Positions 1 to 8,476 of a DNA stretch of 64,000 nucleotides are shown in pieces. Position 1 is the first letter of the stretch, and the number at the start of each line of letters is the position of its first letter. The DNA is from Anaerolineales bacterium. Lineage in GTDB: Bacteria > Chloroflexota > Anaerolineae > Anaerolineales > Villigracilaceae. The position numbers were made by a program, and so were the translations under genes. The DNA lies in the NCBI GenBank assembly GCA_016789225.1, contig JAEURI010000002.1, positions 5,062-69,061 of the forward strand. Direction: 5' to 3'. The notes under the pieces were generated by a model. The model worked only from the letters and a program-made list of their open reading frames with translations. It made no database searches and was not told where the DNA came from.

Positions 1-113
1 GTGTGTTGTGGGTCAAGCCGGGTGATAATGTCGCGATCAAGGTGCAACAGCCAGTTCATGTTCACGATATTGTCTATCGTATTGTGGAAGAAGAACTTGA
101 ACCGGCTGGTTAA
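1..113 (+). CDS. 3' end of a gene truncated by the window edge; beta-barrel C-terminus resembling the U32 peptidase C-terminal/EF-like domain
   Basis: Frame from nt 3 reads VLWVKPGDNVAIKVQQPVHVHDIVYRIVEEELEPAG* (TAA 111-113); a hairpin follows. Confidence 0.45.
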   Translation, partial: VLWVKPGDNVAIKVQQPVHVHDIVYRIVEEELEPAG

Positions 114-183
114 CTGATTTGGTCAGAATTTGCGATTTAATTTTACAGGGGCAGTTTTGCGTTTGCGTGTAGGCAATTTGTTG

Positions 184-219
184 AAACAGCCCATGTTAAA
201 AAGTGACATGGGCTGCTTT
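184..219. terminator. Bidirectional intrinsic terminator
   Basis: CAGCCCATGT-loop-ACATGGGCTG inverted repeat with short A/T tails between convergent genes. Confidence 0.7.
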
Positions 220-224
220 GACTC

Positions 225-1835
225 TTATTGAGCTTGACCAGAATCCGGATGAACGATGAGGCTGGAAGAATCTACAGCTTCAAAGTCACTGCCTTGAAGG
301 ACATCCAAAAGGTGAAGCATGTCATTGTCCCACCGTTCGTCCGGGGCGCCGCTGACATACCAATCTGAACCATTGTCAGCTATGATAATCCCATATGTTT
401 TCATGGCTTGTAGGATAATTTGCATCTCAGGTGGGAATCCACTGATGTCATACGAAGCTTTCAGCCGGAAACGCGCACCCATGGGCGGTGTGGATGTGAG
501 CACACCGGCTGTGCCGCTGGTAAGATGGCGTGCTGGCCAGATGTAGCTATTTGTCTCCCCAACTGTAAATCGCAATGCGTGATGGATGGCACCTGCTTCG
601 ATCTCATCATACCGTGCAAGACCAGGAAGAATAGGGAGGCCTGCTGCGTCTGCCGAAGTCCAATGATCTGGACGAAGGGCATTCGAGTTCAGATTCCAGA
701 TCGCCCCCCCTCCACCATACCATTGCCCGTCACTGTAACTTCCGTCGTAGATTTCATATAGATAACAATTGTCTGTGTCTATAACGAGGATATGATGGTC
801 GGTCCCATCTTCCTGTTGTAAGTCATCCGGGATGGGATAAGGACCAGGGTCGGATTCACTTTCATAAAGGAATTCAAAGCTGTAGTGTGGGGTGGATATG
901 CCAGAAACGATATTGTACGGCATGCCAATGGTGCCGCCCTCCCAAGTGCCTGAACCAAAATCCATATGAAAACCCTTGTCCGCGCCGATAGAGTTGATCC
1001 ATTCTTCGGAACGAGCATGAACTGGCAGGGTATCAATTGGGGTATTCCAGATATTATCAACTGGAAACATGGGGCATCCACCAAGGCTTGGGGAACTAAT
1101 GTCAATATCGGGCGGCTGGTAGGTGGAGCCATGAATAGCTTTGAGGATGAAAACCGCCATTTGGGCACGGGTCACATATTGCTCTGGGCAGTACTGTAGG
1201 GGAGATTGTGCACATCCACCAGTAATGCTTTCAGCGTAAAGTTGGTTGATCCATGCGCGTGCCCAGTGTGTATCTGGGACATCTGTGAAAGGATTGGTTG
1301 AGATGCCGGGCGTAAAGTTTGAACCATATAAGGCTTTTAGAATGAAGACAGACATTTGTGCACGGGTCACATACTGTTCCGGACAATATTGCAGGGGTGA
1401 TTGAGCACATCCACCCGTGATGCCTTCCGTATAAAGTTGATTGATCCAGGCTGCAGCCCAGTAGGTGGTGGGTACATCAGCGAAAATAGTAGGAGATGTT
1501 GACGGGGTGTAAGCGGTGCCATGAATGGTCTTAAGAATAAAGACTGCCATTTGGGCACGAGTGACATAGTTTTCAGGGCAGTACCTTAGTGGTATCTGAT
1601 TGCATCCACCTGTAACGCCTTCGGTGTAGAACTGGTTGATCCATGCGGCTGCCCAATGGTTATAAGGGACATCCAGAAATTGATTTGGTACTCTGCTTGG
1701 AACGGATGCAGGGCTGGCATGAGTTGTCCCTGAAAATGGAAATGCAATGGACACAAAATAAAAGAGGATAAAAATCAGACGAACCTTATTCTTGTATTGA
1801 TCTTGAATTGTTTTCATACCACTATGGCCTTTCAC
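225..1835 (-). CDS. Secreted S-layer homology (SLH) repeat protein with an uncharacterised C-terminal domain
   Basis: N-terminal hydrophobic signal; three repeats FxDVPxxxWAxAWINQxYxExxTGGC...YCPExYVTRAQMxVFILK; about 290-aa C-terminal domain. Confidence 0.85.
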   Translation of the reverse strand: MKGHSGMKTIQDQYKNKVRLIFILFYFVSIAFPFSGTTHASPASVPSRVPNQFLDVPYNHWAAAWINQFYTEGVTGGCNQIPLRYCPENYVTRAQMAVFILKTIHGTAYTPSTSPTIFADVPTTYWAAAWINQLYTEGITGGCAQSPLQYCPEQYVTRAQMSVFILKALYGSNFTPGISTNPFTDVPDTHWARAWINQLYAESITGGCAQSPLQYCPEQYVTRAQMAVFILKAIHGSTYQPPDIDISSPSLGGCPMFPVDNIWNTPIDTLPVHARSEEWINSIGADKGFHMDFGSGTWEGGTIGMPYNIVSGISTPHYSFEFLYESESDPGPYPIPDDLQQEDGTDHHILVIDTDNCYLYEIYDGSYSDGQWYGGGGAIWNLNSNALRPDHWTSADAAGLPILPGLARYDEIEAGAIHHALRFTVGETNSYIWPARHLTSGTAGVLTSTPPMGARFRLKASYDISGFPPEMQIILQAMKTYGIIIADNGSDWYVSGAPDERWDNDMLHLLDVLQGSDFEAVDSSSLIVHPDSGQAQ

Positions 1836-1928
1836 TTGGCTGGATTTTACACTATATGCCAGTAATTAAAACATAGTTGATATTTTTAATCTGTATTTAT
1901 TTGAGAGAAGTATATACAAAATTGAAAA

Positions 1929-1960
1929 TAGGCGGTTAATCAGTTCTGATTGACCGCCTA
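1929..1960 (-). terminator. Intrinsic terminator downstream of mtnN
   Basis: TAGGCGGTTAATCAG-TT-CTGATTGACCGCCTA hairpin flanked by A-runs. Confidence 0.75.
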
Positions 1961-1982
1961 AAATGGAAAATTTCTTTATTGG

Positions 1983-2741
1983 CTATCTGCCAACCCGCTG
2001 AAGGAACTTGTCGAACAACGTCCCGTAATTGGCCGTCGCAGTGACGAGAAAATCGGTGAAGGAGATGTTGGCGGAGTGGTCAGCTTTGTCGGACATGGCG
2101 CGCACGCAAAGGAACGGCACAGCGTTGATGTCACAGGCTTGTGCGATGGCGGCGGCTTCCATATCCACACACAGGGCCTGATGGGTTTGCCATAGCTGTC
2201 CGGCCTTTTCCACGCTGCTGATAAATTGATCCCCGCTGACGATCCTGCCGGTGAATACTTTCGGAGAGTGATCGCCAACGTTTTTCAGCTCGAGCGATTG
2301 CGCGATCTCAAAGGCAAGCTTGCTGAACTTTTCATAAGTAGGGAAGGTTTGCTTGGATGTAAATGTGATCTGCCCTGTATCTTCTGCGGTATGGACGTCG
2401 AAGATGATTTCGCCGGGTTTCAAGCCCCAGCCGGTAAGGTCGAAGTCATGCTGGATGGCTTCAGTGGCGACGACTAGGTCACCCACTTCAAGCTCAGGCG
2501 ATAGCGCACCGGAGCTCCCCATGTTTAACACACAATCGGGGGTGAAAAAATCCATGAGCTGTTGGGCGGCGATGATGGCATTCGCTTTGCCGGGGTCGCA
2601 ACGAGTCAGGTAGACCTGATGTCCGTGGATATCGCCATGCCAGAAGGTACGGTTTCCCTTTTGGATTTTTTCAAGATGGGATGCAAGCGCACGGATGGGA
2701 ATCAGTTCCTCGTCCATTGCGCCGATAATGCCGATTTTCAT
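1983..2741 (-). CDS. mtnN: 5'-methylthioadenosine/S-adenosylhomocysteine nucleosidase
   Basis: MKIGIIGAMDEE, NMGSSG, SGDQF, DMEAAAIAQ, RAMSDKA motifs. Confidence 0.9.
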   Translation of the reverse strand: MKIGIIGAMDEELIPIRALASHLEKIQKGNRTFWHGDIHGHQVYLTRCDPGKANAIIAAQQLMDFFTPDCVLNMGSSGALSPELEVGDLVVATEAIQHDFDLTGWGLKPGEIIFDVHTAEDTGQITFTSKQTFPTYEKFSKLAFEIAQSLELKNVGDHSPKVFTGRIVSGDQFISSVEKAGQLWQTHQALCVDMEAAAIAQACDINAVPFLCVRAMSDKADHSANISFTDFLVTATANYGTLFDKFLQRVGR

Positions 2742-2759
2742 GTAGGGTTCTCCTGTGAA

Positions 2760-3635
2760 TTATGACCCGCTTGCGCGGCTTCTCATTTCAGCGGCTTTGA
2801 CTTTGAGCGATTGGAAGTATTCCGACTCGACGATTTCATCGACATCGTGCTGGCGTTTTGACTGATCGATCTCGATTCTCAATTCTGCCAGTTGTTTTTG
2901 CAGGGCACGCACCCTGCGCTGCCCCAGGACGAAGCTGTAGAATACGGTAAAGACCACCACCGTAACGAAAGTCATCTGCGTGGTAGATTGGCGGACGAAA
3001 TCGTTCGCGCCGCTCTTTTCCATGACGGCAGAGAGAGGGGTGGTCAGGCCGATCATCCACTTGATATTGTGCCTGTCATCAAGCACGGCTGGGGCCCATG
3101 CCCCGATCTCCACTCCTTTTTCTTCAAGCCAGATATATTCGCCAGTGCTTTCATGCCGAAGGAGCACATCCTGAAGCATTTGTTCATATTGGGTTGCGCC
3201 TCCCGCTTCAGCTTGAAGGGGAAGGAATTCATCGATGGTCATTCCGAAGTAGGGAAAGTCCACGCTTTGGTCGAAGACCATTTCATTGTTATACCCGATC
3301 ACCCAGGCATCACCTTCTGCTACAAGCAATTGAATCGGGTCAATGTATTCTGTGAAGAATTGGGATTCGATGGCGCGGATTTGGTCGTTGGTGATGGTAT
3401 CTTCGGTCAGGCCGAGGATGGTGAGTTGGTCGCTCCAATAGCTTTTGGCTGCCCGGGCTGTCGAGCGGACGATCTCAAGGGCAGATGCCTTGGTGGCAGT
3501 TTTCGTTGCATCGCGCAGACTCACATATTGCAAATACACGTTAACCCACCCGGCAATCACCAGTCCCAGGGTAAGGAAAAGGAGGAGATAAAAGGAAAAT
3601 TTCGAATTGTCCTGGAAGTTGTTCTTTTTCTTCAT
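2760..3635 (-). CDS. Two-TM membrane sensor with extracytoplasmic Cache-like domain and a short cytoplasmic coiled-coil tail (no kinase or cyclase domain)
   Basis: TM1 FYLLLFLTLGLVIAGWV; Cache-like end GAWAPAV...KWMIGLTTP; TM2; tail LRIEIDQSKRQHDVDEIVESEYFQSLK. Start moved to ATG 3635 (GAGG RBS). Confidence 0.7.
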   Translation of the reverse strand: MKKKNNFQDNSKFSFYLLLFLTLGLVIAGWVNVYLQYVSLRDATKTATKASALEIVRSTARAAKSYWSDQLTILGLTEDTITNDQIRAIESQFFTEYIDPIQLLVAEGDAWVIGYNNEMVFDQSVDFPYFGMTIDEFLPLQAEAGGATQYEQMLQDVLLRHESTGEYIWLEEKGVEIGAWAPAVLDDRHNIKWMIGLTTPLSAVMEKSGANDFVRQSTTQMTFVTVVVFTVFYSFVLGQRRVRALQKQLAELRIEIDQSKRQHDVDEIVESEYFQSLKVKAAEMRSRASGS

Positions 3636-3720
3636 TTTGGCCTCTTTATTGAGCTTGATTTCTCTTGGAATCAATGAGAATTTAAAAAAGTTAGTTGCAA
3701 TAGCTTCTGAATTTGTGTTC

Positions 3721-5478
3721 CTAGATCAACATCATTTTATTGTTGATCTCCAGCGCCATGGCTTCCTGCTTCAACTCCTGTTTCATGCTTTCTATGTAGT
3801 CGATCACTTTGTTCAGGTGTTCATCGAGAAGTGCCGGGCTGCAAAAACTGCGCACAAGATGAATATCCTCCGCCACGATGCCCACTTCTTCGCTGTTCCA
3901 GACACCACGCACTTTTTCGTGTGTGGCACCTCCGAATATCTTGCCCATAAAGGCCAGCGTTCGTTCGATATAAATGGTTGTGTTTGCCTTCTGGTCGACG
4001 TCAATGGTGGTGGGGATATATATCCCGACCTGATTGGTGAAGCCCAACATATCCAGAATGCTAGAGGCTGTCTTTACAAGCGATTCAGGCAGGTTGCTTA
4101 TTAGGCGGTCTGCTGGAGAAGGAAGCTCGCCCAGGAAGGGCATCTGAAAATCCACTTCGGCATCGGTTAGTGATTCGGGCAGGTCTGTGCCGATCTGGTT
4201 CAGGACCGTGAAGATGCGGGTTTTGTTCGTAAGGGTTTTCAGCTTCAGCGTAGGCAGAATGTTCGAAAACTGAACCAGAGATTCAGGGCGCAGAGGCGCG
4301 ACCAGGACGATCTGCGAAGCGTTTCCGATCAAATAATCAATATGCTCGGCCAGGTCCCATGGAATACAGGCAACGATATTGTTGTATCGACTCGAAGCCT
4401 GGTCAAGCAATAGAGCGGCCTGTGCCGCCTGCGGCAGCTCTATGTTTGTCATCGGGTTGAGCACTTCGAACCCACCTGGGTGGGTGTAATGTTCCACTTC
4501 TGGAGAGAAATTGAAGACAGCCGAAAGTTCATGCTGCGGGAATTCCATATAAGCTGTGGTCTCTTCGCTGGAGGAGGCCATGGCGAGTGCCATGGCGATG
4601 GCAAGGGTGGTGGCCCCGGACATTTTCTCTGCGCTGATCACAAGCAGGAATTTTGACGCACCTCGTTGATTTGCGAGGCGTGCATTGGTGGCCGACAGCC
4701 GCCTGGCCAGCACACGCGAAAGTTCCACGGGAATGCTGCTCGTCATTGACAATAGTTTGTAAAAAGGTGTCTTGGGCAGAACCAATAGCTCAACCGGCGT
4801 AAAAGCTGTGATCGTGGCTGAAGAGGCCCGCTCCGTCAACAGACCGCCTTCGCCGAAGAAATCACCCTGCTCGAGATAGGTCAACAAATTGGAGGTGCCG
4901 TCGCTCAATACATTCGAAACTGCAACCACCCCACTCTTAATGATGAACAATGCCCGCGCCGGTTCGCCCTGCCAAAGAACCACGTCATTGCGCTCGAACC
5001 GTTCCAGCACCGCATTTTTGCGGATGAATTCCAGGTCGGCTTCCTGGCAGGTCTTGAACAGGGCCACATGTTTTAGGAAGGTGGCGTCATTCAGACGAAT
5101 GGCATTCCACAATCCCTTTGGCAGGTTTGCCTTGGGGCCGGTAATATTTTCTACGAATTTGATAAGGTAGTAAATCTCACCATTTTGCAGAGCTGCCTTA
5201 ATATAGCCTTTCTCTTTCAATGTGGCCAGAAGATTAAGCGCATCTTTCTGCGTAAGATTCAAAGCTTGCTGAAGATCCGCCAATCGGGCGCGGTTGAATC
5301 GAGAGAGATGATTGACCAGCCTCGCCTGGTCTTCTGGCAGGAACAGGATATCGCTGGGTTTCAATCCCTCAGGTTTGTTACGCGGGGAGGTTTTGCTGTT
5401 TGCGGCGTTTTTTGCCTGCCGGGTGGTTCCAAGCAGTTTGTCCAACTCGCTGGCGGAGCTTGAATTTTTATCGCCCAA
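3721..5478 (-). CDS. Multidomain protein: winged HTH + cyclic-nucleotide-binding domain + degenerate MinD/ParA/CpaE-like domain + C-terminal PII/DUF3574-like domain
   Basis: HTH LADLQQALNLTQKDALNLLATLKEKGYI; cNMP VVLWQGEP...IIKSGVV...GDFFGEGGLL; P-loop-like SAEKMSGATTLAIAMA; C-term VGIYIPTT...FGGAT...GVW...ELKQEAMALEIN. Confidence 0.75.
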   Translation of the reverse strand: MGDKNSSSASELDKLLGTTRQAKNAANSKTSPRNKPEGLKPSDILFLPEDQARLVNHLSRFNRARLADLQQALNLTQKDALNLLATLKEKGYIKAALQNGEIYYLIKFVENITGPKANLPKGLWNAIRLNDATFLKHVALFKTCQEADLEFIRKNAVLERFERNDVVLWQGEPARALFIIKSGVVAVSNVLSDGTSNLLTYLEQGDFFGEGGLLTERASSATITAFTPVELLVLPKTPFYKLLSMTSSIPVELSRVLARRLSATNARLANQRGASKFLLVISAEKMSGATTLAIAMALAMASSSEETTAYMEFPQHELSAVFNFSPEVEHYTHPGGFEVLNPMTNIELPQAAQAALLLDQASSRYNNIVACIPWDLAEHIDYLIGNASQIVLVAPLRPESLVQFSNILPTLKLKTLTNKTRIFTVLNQIGTDLPESLTDAEVDFQMPFLGELPSPADRLISNLPESLVKTASSILDMLGFTNQVGIYIPTTIDVDQKANTTIYIERTLAFMGKIFGGATHEKVRGVWNSEEVGIVAEDIHLVRSFCSPALLDEHLNKVIDYIESMKQELKQEAMALEINNKMMLI

Positions 5479-5542
5479 GGAGGTCAGTCCTTATTACCGG
5501 ATTTCCTGTTATTTTAATCCAACTGTCCCAATCTGGTTGGTT

Positions 5543-6604
5543 TTATAGACTTGTGCAATCCCAGTCTCGATATGCAAAAACCAGGCAATTTATTTTTGGA
5601 AACCAATATTCTTTCGACGCCCCTGCGGTTGCATTCCAGACCGCATCGAAGAACATATAACACAGGCAGACGCGGTAGTCATCAGATAAGGCGTCCCAGT
5701 CATATTGCATGCCTTTGTGCTGCAAAGCGGAAAGGTATTGGCGTAGTAAAGGCTCCTCGTATGGCTTACGCTGTTCCCGGGTCCAAAAAGAGGCGAACAT
5801 GTAGACGAGGTCATAGGTCGGGAAGTTTACGCAGGCATCCTGAAAATCGATCAGATAAGATGAGCCCGATTCCGTCTGTGGCACAAGGAATTGGGAAAGA
5901 TAACAGTCGCCCTGACTCATCGTCAAAGCCCGCATCGGACTCAGCCGGGGCTTGATCCTGTTTTCAAAAAGCCTCGGCAACGCCGCCAGCGCGGACTCTC
6001 CCACTGCAAGCCATTCCTGCGGAACATCTCTGCTGTACATCTCCTTGAACTTTACCCACTCACCAGCCCTGCGTTCCATATGCTTGCGATGGAATTCTTC
6101 ATCGCGATACCACCAACGCATCTCGGTCGTATCAGGGATCGTCCCGAATGATGGATGCTCCCAAAATGCAGCGTGAAACTCTGCGACAGCATCCACACTG
6201 GATTTGAGGTGTGCCTGCGAAGGAACGCCATTCAAGATTTTCAATTGCTCGCGCGAGACAGGCGGGGTATGTGTCTCAGAAATATCTTCGAGCAGTAAAT
6301 ACGAAAGACCACTTTCCGAGTCATAGCCCATGCCCAGACGGCGCGGGATCATGGACAGTTGCATGCCTTCTGTAAAGCGATAGAACTGGATTTCGTTCTG
6401 TCCGTCGTGGTCCTTGTTGATTTTTACAAGCACCCGGTTGGGAAGCCCGCGCGGGTTGGACGAGTATTCCACCTCCAAATGCGCCACAGAGGAGTTGAAT
6501 GCCAAATTTTCACGGCTGAAGAGTTTGGAAATCTGTGATCCTAAAACTTTACCAAGCCAATCGGCTGTCACTTCGCTTGCCGATTGTATGTATAAAGTAT
6601 TCAT
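5543..6604 (-). CDS. APH/choline-kinase-like phosphotransferase
   Basis: VLVK, NEIQFY, LLLEDI, AEFHAAFW, Brenner-like QGDCYLSQF, LIDFQ; start overlaps the upstream stop (ATGA). Confidence 0.75.
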   Translation of the reverse strand: MNTLYIQSASEVTADWLGKVLGSQISKLFSRENLAFNSSVAHLEVEYSSNPRGLPNRVLVKINKDHDGQNEIQFYRFTEGMQLSMIPRRLGMGYDSESGLSYLLLEDISETHTPPVSREQLKILNGVPSQAHLKSSVDAVAEFHAAFWEHPSFGTIPDTTEMRWWYRDEEFHRKHMERRAGEWVKFKEMYSRDVPQEWLAVGESALAALPRLFENRIKPRLSPMRALTMSQGDCYLSQFLVPQTESGSSYLIDFQDACVNFPTYDLVYMFASFWTREQRKPYEEPLLRQYLSALQHKGMQYDWDALSDDYRVCLCYMFFDAVWNATAGASKEYWFPKINCLVFAYRDWDCTSL

Positions 6605-7200
6605 TGCCCCTGCCATTTTTCAAGATGCACATACTCGGCGTCCGATTTGCGCCCGCGTTTCAGGGATGGCGAAGGCACGTCTGTGGCGCGATAGCCCACA
6701 GCGATGACTCCGACCGGGGTCACCTCAGCAGGCATGTTCAGGAGGGAGCGAAGCGCCTGTAAATCCTTCGACCCGGCAAAGGCACACACCAGCCCTTCGT
6801 CAACGGCGGCCAGCAGGGCGATCATCACCGAGCAACCAATATCCACGAACCAATAAGGCACGGGCCATTCGATCTCATGGCCCTCATCATCCACTTTATC
6901 CGCCTCTTGGTAGCGGCGGTGATAGGCCAGCTCGCTGGTGCAGGGAATTAATAACACAGGGGCCTTTGAAATGAACGGGTCAAACCCGCTGTTGACGTAC
7001 TCTTGCTCCTCACAAGTATCTGCAATCGCCTTTTTCATCTCCGGCTTTGTGACGACGATGAAGGATTGTCCCTGTGTAAACCCGGCGCTGGGAGCATGGC
7101 GGGTCAGGTCAAGGATGCGCTCGATCACATGTGGATCAACGGGCTTATCGGCAAAATTACGAACCATTCGTCGTTTGAGGATCATGTCTTTAAGTTCCAT
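6601..7200 (-). CDS. Nitroreductase family protein
   Basis: KRRMVRNF, APSAGFTQGQSF, DIGCSV..LLAAVDEGL, VIAVGY; GGAG RBS before ATG 7200. Confidence 0.88.
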   Translation of the reverse strand: MELKDMILKRRMVRNFADKPVDPHVIERILDLTRHAPSAGFTQGQSFIVVTKPEMKKAIADTCEEQEYVNSGFDPFISKAPVLLIPCTSELAYHRRYQEADKVDDEGHEIEWPVPYWFVDIGCSVMIALLAAVDEGLVCAFAGSKDLQALRSLLNMPAEVTPVGVIAVGYRATDVPSPSLKRGRKSDAEYVHLEKWQGQ

Positions 7201-7249
7201 GTTCATCTCCTGAATATGTTCGTGAGTATATCTTAATTGCATCGAAGGC

Positions 7250-7269
7250 CATCCATCGAAAGATGGATG
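7250..7269. promoter_or_regulatory. Palindromic operator candidate (NarL/LuxR-type response regulator site)
   Basis: Perfect inverted repeat CATCCATC-GAAA-GATGGATG with a degenerate second copy (AATCCATCGGCAGAGAGATG) just downstream, upstream of a module ending in a NarL-type TCS. Confidence 0.45.
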
Positions 7270-7352
7270 CGGAAATCCATCGGCAGAGAGATGCCGTTTA
7301 AGGAATGAGGGCCTATACTCTCGCTATCCTTGACGGAGAATTGGAGTTTTCC

Positions 7353-8165
7353 ATGGCCAAAATAAAAGTTGACCTTCTCACACTGATTGCCATATCCGCC
7401 TTTTCTTTTATGCTTGCCACCGCTGTTCATGAACATGCAGGCCACTCGCTCGCCTGCGCCCTGCTCGGCGGGGAGGTGAAAGAACTTGGGGCATTTTACG
7501 TGGATTGCGAAACTGCCTCCCTCTCAGACATGGGGAATCGGCTTGTATCCTTTGCGGGTCCGCTGGTAAGTTTGATTTTTGGGATTTTCGGAGTCGCCCT
7601 CTTTGACCGCGCTTTCAAGGCAAACTCTCAACTCAAGTTCTTCCTCTGGCATTTTGCTACGACCAATCTTATGGTCGCGGCGGGATATTCGCTCTTTTCC
7701 GGCGTGGCAGGCATTGGCGATCTTGGGACCGGGGAAAGTGGAGTCTTTTACAACCTCCAACCAGAGTGGGTCTATCGCGTTGGCCTGTCCATCCTTGGGC
7801 TTGCAAGCTATTACTGGGTCGTCCGCATATCCATTAAAAGAATGGACACCTTCATCGGCGGCGAAGGCAACGAACGAATTGGCCGCGCACAAATGATTTC
7901 GTTGATCGCATATCTGACCGGCGGCGTGATCGCAGTCTTGATCGGCTTGCTGAATCCCTACGGGCTCATCATCGTGCTGATCTCATCCTTTACCTCCAGC
8001 ATGGGCGGCACTTCGGGCCTGGCCTGGATGATGCAATTGCTCGACCGTAAAAAGAACACTGGTGAAGCACCCTTTGTCCTGGTGCGAAGCTGGGCCTGGA
8101 TCATGGCCAGTGTCATTTTCCTTGTCGCATATGCCGCGATCTTTGGCCGCACCCTGTATTTGTAA
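7353..8165 (+). CDS. Integral membrane protein, peptidase M50-like
   Basis: TAVHEHAGH (HExxGH), FAGP, GDL motifs, about 7 TM helices; GGAG RBS before ATG 7353. Confidence 0.65.
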   Translation: MAKIKVDLLTLIAISAFSFMLATAVHEHAGHSLACALLGGEVKELGAFYVDCETASLSDMGNRLVSFAGPLVSLIFGIFGVALFDRAFKANSQLKFFLWHFATTNLMVAAGYSLFSGVAGIGDLGTGESGVFYNLQPEWVYRVGLSILGLASYYWVVRISIKRMDTFIGGEGNERIGRAQMISLIAYLTGGVIAVLIGLLNPYGLIIVLISSFTSSMGGTSGLAWMMQLLDRKKNTGEAPFVLVRSWAWIMASVIFLVAYAAIFGRTLYL

Positions 8166-8236
8166 ACCCATATTGACGTAATCCATTCGTGCGGCTAACC
8201 CGTGCGAAATACATATAGATCAAAAGGAGAATATTC

Positions 8237-8413
8237 ATGAACACAAATAAGAAACTTATTGCGATCGGGCTTGGCGTCATTGGCATCTTCTTCTTCCTTG
8301 CCATTTCCTTCGATATCCTTGCAGAAAATATCGGCACATTTGTAGGCATTGCCTTCTTGATGCTTTCGGGGCTCACATGGGCATTCTGGCCGAACACAAA
8401 AAACGAGGGATAA
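8237..8413 (+). CDS. Small two-TM membrane protein (58 aa), absent from the ORF track
   Basis: AAAGGAGA RBS; MNTNKKLIAIGLGVIGIFFFLAISFDILAENIGTFVGIAFLMLSGLTWAFWPNTKNEG*. Confidence 0.75.
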   Translation: MNTNKKLIAIGLGVIGIFFFLAISFDILAENIGTFVGIAFLMLSGLTWAFWPNTKNEG

Positions 8414-8424
8414 GATAAAGATCT

Positions 8425-8461
8425 GCCGTGGACACTAGGGTTTCGAACCGATGTCCACGGC
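8425..8461 (+). terminator. Stem-loop after the small ORF (terminator or mRNA-stabilising hairpin)
   Basis: GCCGTGGACA...TGTCCACGGC 10-bp inverted repeat; no clear U-tail. Confidence 0.4.
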
Positions 8462-8476
8462 GGTATACTCCTGGGC

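Noticed and set aside
1130-1690. Three roughly 195-bp direct repeats as a possible array
   Set aside because: They are the in-frame SLH protein repeats.
1983-2741. MtnN as futalosine-pathway enzyme or AI-2 quorum-sensing gene
   Set aside because: No mqn or luxS genes nearby; menA points to the DHNA route.
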